Shown here in pieces: positions 9,598 to 19,642 of a stretch of DNA of 61,784 nt. Both the position numbers and the translations under genes were made by a program. Origin of the DNA: Clostridiales bacterium (lineage in GTDB: Bacteria; Bacillota; Clostridia; Caldicoprobacterales; UBA3941); contig JAAYRX010000176.1 of assembly GCA_012518535.1 (NCBI GenBank), positions 1-61,784 of the forward strand. The letters run 5' to 3'. The stretch's first letter is position 1. Each line of letters starts with the position of its first letter. The notes under the pieces were generated by a model. It did no database searches, was not told the origin of the DNA, and was given only the letters and a program-made list of their open reading frames with translations.

Positions 9598-10434
9598 ATG
9601 AAACCGATAATTAAGAAAATTCGTAATGAGAATAATGATTTTCAACGGATTGAGGTAGTAAAAAGGAATAGGGAAAAGAGAAACAGATACAGGCAATGCT
9701 TTGTTGAAGGCGTAAAATCTATCAACTTTGCCATAGAAAATAATTGGAAAATTGAGGCTTTTGCATACTCCAGGGAAGCACCCTTATCCAATTGGGCAAA
9801 GGATGTGCTGGCAAATTCTATGGCTAAAACCCATTTTGAACTGCCGCTTAGCCTTATGGAGAAACTCAGCGACAAGGAAGAAGATTCGTCAGAACTTATT
9901 GCCATTGTTTCCATTCCCGATGATGATATATCCAGGATAAAGATAGGGAACGATAGCCTGATTGTGGTCGTTGACAGGCCTTCCAGCTATGGGAACCTTG
10001 GAACGATTATACGTTCATGTGATGCATTAAGAGTTGATGGGATCGTTATTACGGGACATGCCGTTGATATATATGATACCAGGACCATAAGGGCCAGCAT
10101 GGGTACTCTATTCACGGTACCCGTAGTCAGATTGCAATCCCATAGACAGCTCTTGCACTGGTTTAATGATATTAGACAAAACCATAAGGATTTTAAAATA
10201 GTTGGTTCATCAGCCAGTGGTGATGCGCTTATTATGGATGTGGATCTGGCGACAAGACCTATGGCCTTGGTCATAGGCAATGAAACCCATGGACTCAGCT
10301 ACAGTTACAAGCAGCTATGTGACCTTCTTGTCAGGATACCTATGCATGGGCACATTACTTCGCTTAACGTAGCCTGTGCTACATCCATAATGCTCTATGA
10401 GTTGGAAAGACAGAGGATAGCAACCAGAGACTGA
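9598..10434 (+). CDS. TrmH/SpoU-family RNA 2'-O-methyltransferase
   Basis: SpoU knot motifs are present: LVIGNETHGLS and ITSLNVACATSIMLYE. I chose the start at the ATG with AGGAG 7 nt upstream; the listed ORF starts at 9553. Confidence 0.75.
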   Translation: MKPIIKKIRNENNDFQRIEVVKRNREKRNRYRQCFVEGVKSINFAIENNWKIEAFAYSREAPLSNWAKDVLANSMAKTHFELPLSLMEKLSDKEEDSSELIAIVSIPDDDISRIKIGNDSLIVVVDRPSSYGNLGTIIRSCDALRVDGIVITGHAVDIYDTRTIRASMGTLFTVPVVRLQSHRQLLHWFNDIRQNHKDFKIVGSSASGDALIMDVDLATRPMALVIGNETHGLSYSYKQLCDLLVRIPMHGHITSLNVACATSIMLYELERQRIATRD

Positions 10435-10446
10435 ATCTTTAACAGG

Positions 10447-10475
10447 GGCGACCTTAAAGGTCGCCTTTATTATTT
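10447..10475 (+). terminator. Rho-independent terminator
   Basis: Stem ggcgacc / ggtcgcc with a 5-nt loop, followed by tttattattt. Confidence 0.75.
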
Positions 10476-10667
10476 GAAAAAAGGACGGCCATGTCAGTCA
10501 TATTTCTCCATTGTCTCCCTATATATTTACTAGAATGCTATATTGATAAAGGCTGGGCAGGATCTGTTTATGGAAAACTGATTCTGGAAATGCGTACGCC
10601 ATAAGAAAATGCTTCGATCCAGAGCATCATTATAAAATGCATCGCTAAAAAATAAATACTATGGGAA

Positions 10668-11834
10668 GTGGTGGGGGTTTTGGAACGGATTAGAATAAAC
10701 CAAAAATCGAATTTAATCTATAACCTTGTTGTTATCTTGCTAGTAGTTGGGATTGTTTTTTTCAGTTACCGTCTCCTGTTCAACCACATGATCCCCTCCT
10801 ATAGAAATGGCAATTCCTTCAGCGTGTATGAGAATAACCAGGAGGAAAGCAAAGTTGGTATATCCGGCGAAAAAAGTGATTTTTTCTCAGATATATGGAT
10901 TCGGATAAGAGAGATAAACTTAACCGACCCGGCTTTTATACTATCCTCTCATATGCCTTATCTAAGTGCTCCATATACCGAAAATGAGCCTGTAGATATT
11001 GAGGTTGGAGATGAGTCCATTGTTGCCGTTACTGCTACCCCGGAAGAGGAGATTTCGCGCCAAGGTCAGCGACCATCCAGTGACGATCTTGAACGATATG
11101 AAGAGGCCGTGGGGGAAGTTTCCGAAGATATACAAATTCAAGTAAAAAAAATCAGTGATGATCTTCCACCCATTACCCTGCAGGGTAGTGGACCACAGAT
11201 CCTGATTTATCATACCCATTCAAGAGAAGCATACAGGCAGGATCCTGACAACCCATATAAGGATATAGCCGTCTTTAGGAGTAATGATTTGAGCCATACA
11301 GTTGTAGGAGTAGGGGAGGAGTTAGCTAAAGAGCTCCAGAGACGGAATATCCAGGCATTACATGATCGTACGGATCATGAGGTTTATCCTTGGAAATCGG
11401 GGCTGTATCCCCGATCTTTGGAGACTATTAGAAAAAGACAAAAGGAGCACAAATCCCTGAAGATCTTTTTGGATATTCACCGCAATTATAATGAAAAACT
11501 CAAGGATTCGGATAAGGAAGTAGTTGTAATAAATGGTGAAAGAGTAGCTAAATTTTTTATACTTATAGGTACTGCCCAGGGCGTAAGTGGTGGTTTTAGC
11601 GAGAAGCCAAATTGGAGGGAGAATTATCAATTTGCCCTAAAGATAACCAATAAGGCCAACGAAAAATATCCGGGGTTGGCAAATAATGTAATGTTAAAGA
11701 CGGGACGATATAATCAGCACATATCAAATAGAGCCATATTGATTGAAATAGGAAACCATATGACTACCTTTGCCGAAGCCAAGCGTAGTGCCAGGTATAT
11801 AGCTGAAATACTGAGTGATATAATCGAAAAATAG
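10668..11834 (+). CDS. spoIIP: stage II sporulation protein P (SpoIIP amidase/endopeptidase family)
   Basis: It has one N-terminal TM segment and the signature ILIYHTHSREAY. The C-terminal region (FLDIHRN ... AILIEIGN) is typical of SpoIIP. The start codon is uncertain (GTG at 10668). Confidence 0.8.
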   Translation: MVGVLERIRINQKSNLIYNLVVILLVVGIVFFSYRLLFNHMIPSYRNGNSFSVYENNQEESKVGISGEKSDFFSDIWIRIREINLTDPAFILSSHMPYLSAPYTENEPVDIEVGDESIVAVTATPEEEISRQGQRPSSDDLERYEEAVGEVSEDIQIQVKKISDDLPPITLQGSGPQILIYHTHSREAYRQDPDNPYKDIAVFRSNDLSHTVVGVGEELAKELQRRNIQALHDRTDHEVYPWKSGLYPRSLETIRKRQKEHKSLKIFLDIHRNYNEKLKDSDKEVVVINGERVAKFFILIGTAQGVSGGFSEKPNWRENYQFALKITNKANEKYPGLANNVMLKTGRYNQHISNRAILIEIGNHMTTFAEAKRSARYIAEILSDIIEK

Positions 11835-11866
11835 ACTTTTAAGGAATCCGATACAATTTACCATCA

Positions 11867-11895
11867 TTGACAATGTTTTACACTTATGATAATAT
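11867..11895 (+). promoter_or_regulatory. sigma-A promoter upstream of the GreA-like gene
   Basis: TTGACA - 17 nt - TAATAT, with TG one base upstream of the -10 box. Confidence 0.5.
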
Positions 11896-11903
11896 CAACA
11901 TGG

Positions 11904-11940
11904 AAGGCATTTCATGGGGGTCCATGGGATGCCTTATTTC
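11904..11940 (+). terminator. hairpin with weak T tract (spoIIP terminator, or first element of a structured leader)
   Basis: Outer stem aaggcat / atgcctt and inner stem catgg / ccatg, followed by tatttc. It sits immediately downstream of the promoter above. Confidence 0.45.
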
Positions 11941-12101
11941 ACATCTTATGATATACACGGTACCGTGTTTAGTATATGCGTTTTTATAGTGGGGAAGAGA
12001 CATTTCCCGTACAGGCGAGGGCAGTAACATTTTCTGCCCTGTTGAAGCCCTGGGTATGGTAATTATTGAGTTTGTTTTCCAATATTGTAAGGAGGATTAT
12101 A

Positions 12102-12551
12102 ATGCAGGAGAATCGTCATCAAGATAATATTACTATTTTTTTGACAAAACACTTAAAAGAAATAACGAGTATCAGAAATCATATTTTAAAGGAATTTTAT
12201 GGGGAGCACACCAGGGAAAGGGATACTTTTAAGAACATGATCGATCAGTACATGGATTACTTAAGGACCTTCGCCGATAACAGTTACGATGTTTACAAAG
12301 ATCAGCGTTGGCCCCTAATCCTAATAGGGAGCATTGCAGAGGTCCAGGATCTGGATTATAATGAAATAGAAAGATTAAAGATAGTACCCCCATTTTACGA
12401 CAAAGGTGGCGAAAGATTTGATTGCGCCTCCTGCCTATCGCCAGTAGGCCATGCCTTGTTGTTTAAAAGGGTAGGAGACAGAATTGCCGTAAATACCCCT
12501 TTGGGCAATTGTAGATTTATGGTAAGATCTATTGAGCTACCCACTATCTAG
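12102..12551 (+). CDS. GreA/GreB C-terminal-domain protein (transcript-cleavage-factor-like)
   Basis: The segment ILIGSIAEVQDLDYNEIERLKIVPP...CLSPVGHALLFKRVGDRIAVNTPLG matches the Gre factor C-terminal FKBP-like domain pattern. RBS AAGGAGG lies 6 nt before the ATG at 12102. Confidence 0.6.
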   Translation: MQENRHQDNITIFLTKHLKEITSIRNHILKEFYGEHTRERDTFKNMIDQYMDYLRTFADNSYDVYKDQRWPLILIGSIAEVQDLDYNEIERLKIVPPFYDKGGERFDCASCLSPVGHALLFKRVGDRIAVNTPLGNCRFMVRSIELPTI

Positions 12552-12660
12552 TCGATAATCCCAATTGATAAGTGTTCCTTTTTAGGAAATTATGTATTAT
12601 AATTATAAGATATAAAACATATGATCAGTATAAATATAAATTTGTAAGGTGGCTGGTGGC

Positions 12661-14670
12661 GTGAATTATGAATTTTCGGATTTAGTGGATATCGACAAAT
12701 TTCAAGGGCTCTTTGATAGCATATACGAGGTAACAGGTATAGCGGCCGGAATTGCCAGTGTTGATGGTAGCATCATAACAAAAACTGGCGAGTTTGATCT
12801 TTGTACAGAATTTCACAGAGGTATGCCTTATATAGCCACCAGGTGTATTGAATCAATTAAGAGTTCAACGAAGGCAATAAAAAAATCCGAAGAATATAAG
12901 TACTATAAATGCGAAAATGGAATTATGCATGCCATTACCCCTATCTATATCAAGGACAAGTGTGTTGCTGTTATATATAAATCACAATTCTTTTTATCAG
13001 CCCCTGATCTGGAATACTTCAGAAACCAGGCCAAGCTCCTTGGACTGGATGAAAAAGAATATATAGAAGCAATTAAAAGGATTCCCATCTATTCCAAAGA
13101 AGACATGGACAAGTTTATGGGGTTCGCATCACGTATAGCCAGGATGTTTGCACAAATGGGGCATGATCAGATCACTCTATTGGAAGAACAGATCAAATCA
13201 GAGCTTCGATATCAGGAACTAATGGCAAAACATCAAGAGCTAAGAAAAATATATGAAGAGATTGGGGATATGGAAAAGGAGCTTCACAATCGAAAGCATA
13301 AGATAGAACACCAGGAAGACGCATTGAAGGTCAGCCAGGAAAGAATACGTTATCTAGCCTATTATGATGCGGTGACAGGCCTACCCAACAGGTTAAATGT
13401 TTCGGATCGTGTAACCCATTGGGTTTCTATTGCAAAGAGAGAAAATAAAAAAGGAGTTCTGTTTTTCTTAGATATCGATAATTTTAAGGTGATAAATGAT
13501 ACCTTTGGCCATGGATTTGGGGATAAGGTCCTCAGAAAATTCGGTATGAAGCTGGGTAAAATCTGCGAATCCGATAGCTTTGTTGGTAGATTTGGCGGCG
13601 ATGAATTTATTTTGGTTAAATATGGAATAGAGGACAAAGAGGATGTAATAAGCATTGTAAATGGCATATTAGGTATCTTCGATGCTCCGTGGATTATCGA
13701 TGGATTTGACATATATCCGACGGTTAGCATCGGCATTACCATGTTTCCAGACGATGGAGACAACACGGAGGTTCTGCTAAAAAATGCTGATATCGCCATG
13801 TATGAGGCAAAAAAGTATGGAAAGAATGCCTATGAATTTTTCGAGAAATCTATGAATGATAAGGTCATACATAGGATGAAGATGGATAGGGATCTTCGTA
13901 ATGCTCTGGAGAGAGGGGAGTTCTACCTGGTATATCAGCCACAGGTTAATGCAAAAACTGGAAGAATTGAGGCTGTGGAGGCGTTAATTAGATGGAACCA
14001 CCCCGAGCATGGTTTAATTTCTCCTGGCTATTTTATTCCCTTTGCAGAGGAGACGGGGCTTATTATACCCATTGGCGAGTGGGTGTTGAGAACGGCCTGC
14101 AAGCAAAACAAGGCCTGGCAGGACAAAGGATATAGTCCTATCAGAGTATCAGTAAATATATCCCCTTTACAACTGAGACGGTGGAATTTCATTTCTCTGA
14201 TCAAGGATATTCTGGAAGAGGTGGAGCTGGAACCAAGTTATCTGGAACTCGAAATTACAGAAAACTACATAATGGAATCCACGGAAGAAAACATAAAAGT
14301 GCTGGAACAACTATATCAAATGGGGGTAAGGATTGCCTTGGATGATTTTGGTACGGGATATTCTTCCCTAAATTATCTCCAGCGCCTACCCATAAACAAT
14401 TTAAAAATGGATAGCTCCTTTGTGGTAGACATAACGGAAAATGTGGACAAGAGATATATAGCAGAAGTGATCATTAATCTGGCCCACAGATTGAACCTTA
14501 TGGTGACGGCAGAGGGCGTAGAAACGGAAGAGCAACTCCGTATGCTGGTAAGTCAGCAATGTGATTTTATCCAGGGATTTCTTTTTAGTATGCCTCTGCC
14601 ACCAGAGGATATTGAAGAGATATTGAAACGGGGAAGATTGGATATAATTAGATATCTTCAAATGGTATGA
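12661..14670 (+). CDS. PocR sensor - coiled coil - GGDEF - EAL protein (c-di-GMP turnover)
   Basis: It has an N-terminal PocR-like region and an intact GGDEF (RFGGDEF). EAL signatures are present: VEALIRW, DDFGTGYSSL, LKMD, EGVETEEQ, QGFLFS. I prefer the start at GTG 12661, which has AAGGTGG 8 nt upstream; the listed ORF starts at 12649. Confidence 0.85.
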   Translation: MNYEFSDLVDIDKFQGLFDSIYEVTGIAAGIASVDGSIITKTGEFDLCTEFHRGMPYIATRCIESIKSSTKAIKKSEEYKYYKCENGIMHAITPIYIKDKCVAVIYKSQFFLSAPDLEYFRNQAKLLGLDEKEYIEAIKRIPIYSKEDMDKFMGFASRIARMFAQMGHDQITLLEEQIKSELRYQELMAKHQELRKIYEEIGDMEKELHNRKHKIEHQEDALKVSQERIRYLAYYDAVTGLPNRLNVSDRVTHWVSIAKRENKKGVLFFLDIDNFKVINDTFGHGFGDKVLRKFGMKLGKICESDSFVGRFGGDEFILVKYGIEDKEDVISIVNGILGIFDAPWIIDGFDIYPTVSIGITMFPDDGDNTEVLLKNADIAMYEAKKYGKNAYEFFEKSMNDKVIHRMKMDRDLRNALERGEFYLVYQPQVNAKTGRIEAVEALIRWNHPEHGLISPGYFIPFAEETGLIIPIGEWVLRTACKQNKAWQDKGYSPIRVSVNISPLQLRRWNFISLIKDILEEVELEPSYLELEITENYIMESTEENIKVLEQLYQMGVRIALDDFGTGYSSLNYLQRLPINNLKMDSSFVVDITENVDKRYIAEVIINLAHRLNLMVTAEGVETEEQLRMLVSQQCDFIQGFLFSMPLPPEDIEEILKRGRLDIIRYLQMV

Positions 14671-14760
14671 CAGTAAACTTCCAAAAGATCCTTATGAACA
14701 TCTTATAGATGGATTATATGGATGACCTTAGTATTCATAGCGTATAAAGTATAAATCAGG

Positions 14761-14799
14761 ATCCAGGTGCTGCTGCCCTGCAGACACTTGGATTTTTTT
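14761..14799 (+). terminator. Rho-independent terminator
   Basis: Stem atccaggtg / cacttggat (one G-U pair), followed by tttttt. Confidence 0.7.
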
Positions 14800-14945
14800 G
14801 TACATAAAATTATATATGTTGGCATGACGAGAATAAAACAAGATGGCACCGGGGGATCAAGCATCGGTACCAAATGTATTGGTTTATGCTTTTAGTGACA
14901 AAATAAATAAACAGTATATATTTAATACCAAGGAGGTAGGGCGAA

Positions 14946-15374
14946 GTGCCAAATACAAATACAATAGAAGCGCTTAATCATCTTTTACAAGGTGAATATA
15001 TGGCGGTTGAGAGTTTCAATAACTTTATATCTAAATTAGAAGAAGAGAATGTGAAGCAAGCTTTTGTAGAAGTACAGAAACAGCACAGAGAAAACATTGA
15101 CAAACTGGCAAGTTATATTCAATTCATAGGCGGACAGCCAGACGAGAATCTTGGAATGAAGGGGCATATGGGCGATATTATGCTGAATATGCAGCTGGGT
15201 TCAGATAGTGATACTAATGAAATTATTGAAAAAGCTATTGAAGGAGAGACTAAAGGGGTTAATATGGCTGAAAAGGTTCTAAGGGGTGATCTTGACGAAA
15301 GGTCAAGGGACATTGCAGGTGAGGTATTGCATAAGGATAGGAAGTCTATAGAAAAGATTAAAAGCTTACTATAG
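14946..15374 (+). CDS. DUF2383-type ferritin-like four-helix-bundle protein
   Basis: The sequence TIEALNHLLQGEYMAVESFNNFI...QKQHRENIDKLASYIQFIGGQP resembles the PA2169/DUF2383 family. The start is GTG after AAGGAGG. Confidence 0.5.
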   Translation: MPNTNTIEALNHLLQGEYMAVESFNNFISKLEEENVKQAFVEVQKQHRENIDKLASYIQFIGGQPDENLGMKGHMGDIMLNMQLGSDSDTNEIIEKAIEGETKGVNMAEKVLRGDLDERSRDIAGEVLHKDRKSIEKIKSLL

Positions 15375-15454
15375 AAAGCAAGAAAGAAAATTATCTTAAT
15401 TACCGCCTGTATCTTCACCTATTTAAACGACTTTAGTGAATAATTATTGACAGC

Positions 15455-15488
15455 AAAAAACCGCTTAAGCATTAGACTTAAGCGGTTT
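15455..15488. terminator. bidirectional terminator (strong for the tRNA on the minus strand)
   Basis: 12-bp stem aaaccgcttaag / cttaagcggttt. On the minus strand it is followed by TTTTTTG. Confidence 0.75.
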
Positions 15489-15492
15489 CAAC

Positions 15493-15569
15493 TGGTCTGG
15501 GTGAAGGGATTTGAACCCCCGACCTCTTGAACCCCATTCAAGCACGCTACCAAACTGCGCCACACCCAG
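15493..15569 (-). tRNA. tRNA-Pro (anticodon GGG), CCA encoded
   Basis: The reverse complement is CTGGGTGTGGCGCAGTTTGGTAGCGTGCTTGAATGGGGTTCAAGAGGTCGGGGGTTCAAATCCCTTCACCCAGACCA. It folds as a cloverleaf with a 7-bp acceptor stem, anticodon loop A-U-GGG-G-U with G37, and T-loop TTCAAAT. Confidence 0.85.
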
Positions 15570-15633
15570 TAGTTCTTGAGAACAAATAATATGATACTAT
15601 ATAAGCGAAAAAAAATCAAGAGGAATTTTTAGT

Positions 15634-15663
15634 TTGACAATCAATATGCCGTTGTGATAAAAT
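15634..15663 (+). promoter_or_regulatory. sigma-A promoter of the rplU-prp-rpmA operon
   Basis: TTGACA - 18 nt - TAAAAT with an extended -10 TG. Confidence 0.6.
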
Positions 15664-15745
15664 ATTTCAGTGCGTAGCCGCACGGATATGGTTTGAAATC
15701 CTTTTTGGTACCATTATCCGGCGAGACTGGTTAGAGGAGGTGCAT
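15664..15745 (+). promoter_or_regulatory. probable ribosomal protein L21 leader (autoregulatory 5' UTR)
   Basis: This is a structured ~85-nt 5' UTR. It contains hairpin gtgcg-tagc-cgcac and a long stem cggatatgg / ccattatccg. Position and size match the Firmicute L21 leader, but covariation was not checked. Confidence 0.45.
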
Positions 15746-15749
15746 TCTA

Positions 15750-16061
15750 ATGTATGCTATCATTAAAACGGGTGGTAAGCAATACCTTGTTCATGAGGGA
15801 GACGTTATAAGGGTTGAAAAGCTGGATGTAGAAGAGGGTTCAGAGGTTTCCTTTGACGAAGTATTGGCTATCAACGACGATGAGTCTTTAAGGGTTGGTA
15901 CTCCCTTCGTAGAGGGATCCAAGGTTGAGGCGAAAGTCATAAAACACGGAAAAGGCAAAAAAATTACCGTTTTTAAGTACAAGCCCAAGAAGAACTACAG
16001 GAAAAAGCAGGGACACCGTCAGCCCTTTACCCAAGTTCAAATTAGTAAAATTATCGGATAA
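15750..16061 (+). CDS. rplU: 50S ribosomal protein L21
   Basis: [25 protein letters not shown] is a canonical L21 N-terminus. RBS GAGGAGG is present. Confidence 0.97.
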   Translation: MYAIIKTGGKQYLVHEGDVIRVEKLDVEEGSEVSFDEVLAINDDESLRVGTPFVEGSKVEAKVIKHGKGKKITVFKYKPKKNYRKKQGHRQPFTQVQISKIIG

Positions 16062-16066
16062 TCGTA

Positions 16067-16402
16067 ATGATTAAGATACTGATTTTGCGAGATGATTTGG
16101 AAAACATACGTCGGTTAAAAGTAAGTGGCCACTCAGGTTATGATGAGATAGGGCGCGATATAATATGTAGCGCTGTTTCGGCTATAGTCCAGACGACTGT
16201 TATGGGATTAAACACTGTGGTGGGCATAAACCCCCTGTACCATCAAAAAAGTGGTTTGGCGGACTTAAAGATACCTGATGGTCTTTCACAAGAGAAGATT
16301 AAAGACGCAAATATAGTATTGGAAACAGGCCTATTGGGGCTTAAGAGTATAGAAGCAGGATACAGTGAATATGTAGATATTCGGGAAAGGAAGGTGGAAT
16401 AG
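16067..16402 (+). CDS. prp: ribosomal-processing cysteine protease Prp (YsxB family)
   Basis: It lies between rplU and rpmA. It carries SGHSGY and DIICSAVSA (catalytic His/Cys). Confidence 0.85.
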   Translation: MIKILILRDDLENIRRLKVSGHSGYDEIGRDIICSAVSAIVQTTVMGLNTVVGINPLYHQKSGLADLKIPDGLSQEKIKDANIVLETGLLGLKSIEAGYSEYVDIRERKVE

Positions 16403-16699
16403 ATGTTTGTAATGGATCTTCAACTCTTTGCATCAAAAAAGGGAGTAGGTAGTTCCCGAAACGGACGTGACAGCGAGGCTAAGAGATTAGGCGTTAAAAG
16501 AGCAGATGGGCAATTCGTTTTGGCCGGGAACATCCTGGTGAGACAGAGAGGAACCAAACTTCATCCCGGTAACAATGTAGGCAGGGGTAAAGATGATACC
16601 CTCTACGCATTGGTAGACGGCGTAGTCAAGTTTGAAAGAAAAGGCAGAGACAGAAAACAGGTTAGCGTTTATCAGGAGTCTCAGCTGGCTGTACACTAA
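16403..16699 (+). CDS. rpmA: 50S ribosomal protein L27 with a 9-residue Prp-cleaved propeptide
   Basis: The N-terminus MFVMDLQLF|[21 protein letters not shown] matches the Firmicute L27 pro-sequence and the mature N-terminus ASKKG. Confidence 0.97.
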   Translation: MFVMDLQLFASKKGVGSSRNGRDSEAKRLGVKRADGQFVLAGNILVRQRGTKLHPGNNVGRGKDDTLYALVDGVVKFERKGRDRKQVSVYQESQLAVH

Positions 16700-16727
16700 G
16701 AATATGAATTTTATTGACTTCCGATCG

Positions 16728-16764
16728 GGTCTATTACATGAATTGCTATGTGATAGACCTTTTA
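16728..16764 (+). terminator. possible terminator after rpmA
   Basis: Stem ggtctat / atagacc with a long loop, followed by ttttat. Confidence 0.4.
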
Positions 16765-16876
16765 TATTTTTATGGGTATATTAAGAGGGTACCTTAATTT
16801 TTTGTGTACTATGGAAGATAAAACCCTACAGGATATAGAACTAGGTATAGTTGGTTTTAAGTTGGGAGATTGATAA

Positions 16877-18175
<1,299 letters not shown>

Positions 18176-18217
18176 TAGAACAGCCCTGTGATTGGCTGTA
18201 GAAAAGAGGTGAATGGA

Positions 18218-18511
18218 ATGCTAACCAGCAAGCAAAGAAGCTATTTAAGGCGAATGGCCAATCAAATAGATAGCATCTTACAAATAGGTAAGGGTGGGAT
18301 AAACGCCAACCTGATAAAACAGCTGGATGATGCCCTTGAGGCCAGGGAGCTTATAAAGGTTCATGTATTACAAAACGCTGAAATGGATATAAAGGATATC
18401 TTCAAGGAGCTGGCCAGGGAACTATCGGCCCAGGAAGTGCAACTCATTGGCAGCAGATTTGTCCTGTACAGAAAATCCATGAAGAACCCAAGAATCGAAC
18501 TCCCCTATTGA
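18218..18511 (+). CDS. yhbY: ribosome-assembly RNA-binding protein YhbY (CRM domain)
   Basis: MLTSKQRSYLRRMANQIDSILQIGKGGIN is a typical YhbY/YqeI pattern. The start is taken at the ATG after GAGGTGAATGGA. Confidence 0.85.
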   Translation: MLTSKQRSYLRRMANQIDSILQIGKGGINANLIKQLDDALEARELIKVHVLQNAEMDIKDIFKELARELSAQEVQLIGSRFVLYRKSMKNPRIELPY

Positions 18512-19422
18512 GGTGTTTTTGAATCGTATTCCTTATAGTTACCATAAAGGACTTGGCTAATCAAACCCAATACGAAATATAGGGCGGACAGTACAAAATA
18601 GAAAAGGAAATATTTGCGAAAGAGCAGGGATAAACCTAAGAATAGAAGGGACGCCAGCATATATCTTTTCATCCTATAAGGTGTTGCGGTACGGTTTCTG
18701 GCACTCCTTGCTTTTCGTTTAATTTCCGCAATCCTCTGCTCAGCAAGACGATCCAAGTCTTCTTCTCCCGGTGTCATACCTGCTTGCTCCATAAGATCAA
18801 GCAGGTCATCGATATCCATAAGGGTGATAGGAATTTGAAGGGCCTCATCCTTTATGTTCTTACAGGCATCTTCAAAGTAGCCTGACGAAATATATATGTG
18901 GTTGCTATACCCCTTCGAACGATAGGTATTATAAAAAGCCCATACCTTCTCATAGGTTACATAACCCTTAGGGGGTGAATGGTGATAGCCTATGGCTATG
19001 GGTACATTGTTATATCTGGCCTTTAGATATCCTTGTCGTTGCTCGATGTCCTTCAGGCCCTTGAGACTGGATAATGCCCTGACAAGCTGCCATTCAAATT
19101 CTTGCCTGCTCAGCGCAGAGAGTTGGCTGGCCATATAGTCCCTGCCTAATTGTCTGCGTACTTGGTTTCGCTTCTCCCTATAGAATGCTCTTTTTCGCAG
19201 GAAAAGGGCATAAGCAAACAGGAAGGAAACAGCAAGATCGATAATTAATGATAACAGGGCGGATCTGGTACGGAAAACCAGCCATAGATATAACACAGAG
19301 AAGAAACCGATAACGGGCAATAAAAAGTCAGCAATAAGCCCCAAAAGGTGCCGGGGAGTATCTTCGGTACCCATATAATAGCTAAGGGAGCGGGCTTTCT
19401 TAAAATAGGCTTCAAAGGACAT
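18505..19422 (-). CDS. membrane protein: TM hairpin - degenerate Mrr-like (restriction-endonuclease-fold) core - TM hairpin
   Basis: It has two predicted TM helices at each end. The central segment SRQEFEWQLVRAL...VPIAIGYHH...HIYISSGYFEDAC...ITLMDIDDLLDLM follows the Mrr_cat layout but lacks the D...(E/Q)xK residues. The start ATG is preceded by GGAGGTG. Its 3' end overlaps yhbY by 7 nt (convergent). Confidence 0.4.
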   Translation of the reverse strand: MSFEAYFKKARSLSYYMGTEDTPRHLLGLIADFLLPVIGFFSVLYLWLVFRTRSALLSLIIDLAVSFLFAYALFLRKRAFYREKRNQVRRQLGRDYMASQLSALSRQEFEWQLVRALSSLKGLKDIEQRQGYLKARYNNVPIAIGYHHSPPKGYVTYEKVWAFYNTYRSKGYSNHIYISSGYFEDACKNIKDEALQIPITLMDIDDLLDLMEQAGMTPGEEDLDRLAEQRIAEIKRKARSARNRTATPYRMKRYMLASLLFLGLSLLFRKYFLFYFVLSALYFVLGLISQVLYGNYKEYDSKTPQ

Positions 19423-19595
19423 TATAAACACCTCCAATTAGATTATTGCCATGATTTGGGTAATTAAACTCCGATTTGCTCTTTAGTACAAATCCATGCT
19501 TTCTCCTTACATCGTGGAGGGGGGAAGGCTTAAGGATCTCTGAAACAAGGAAGGGTTGGTTTCTTGTAATACATGTAGTACCAGAACTTGAAGTA

Positions 19596-19604
19596 TGGTA
19601 TAAT
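19596..19604 (+). promoter_or_regulatory. extended -10 promoter element upstream of nadD
   Basis: TGgTATAAT, about 40 nt upstream of the nadD start. There is no good -35. Confidence 0.4.
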
Positions 19605-19642
19605 TAGTAAAGGGAGTACATGTTAAGGAGAATAAAGAGGAA

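Noticed and set aside
10476-10667. Sigma-E/sigma-K type sporulation promoters upstream of spoIIP (and likewise spoVB and cotJA)
   Set aside because: Only partial matches to ATATT / CATACA-T were seen, and their spacing was wrong or ambiguous. They cannot be supported by eye.
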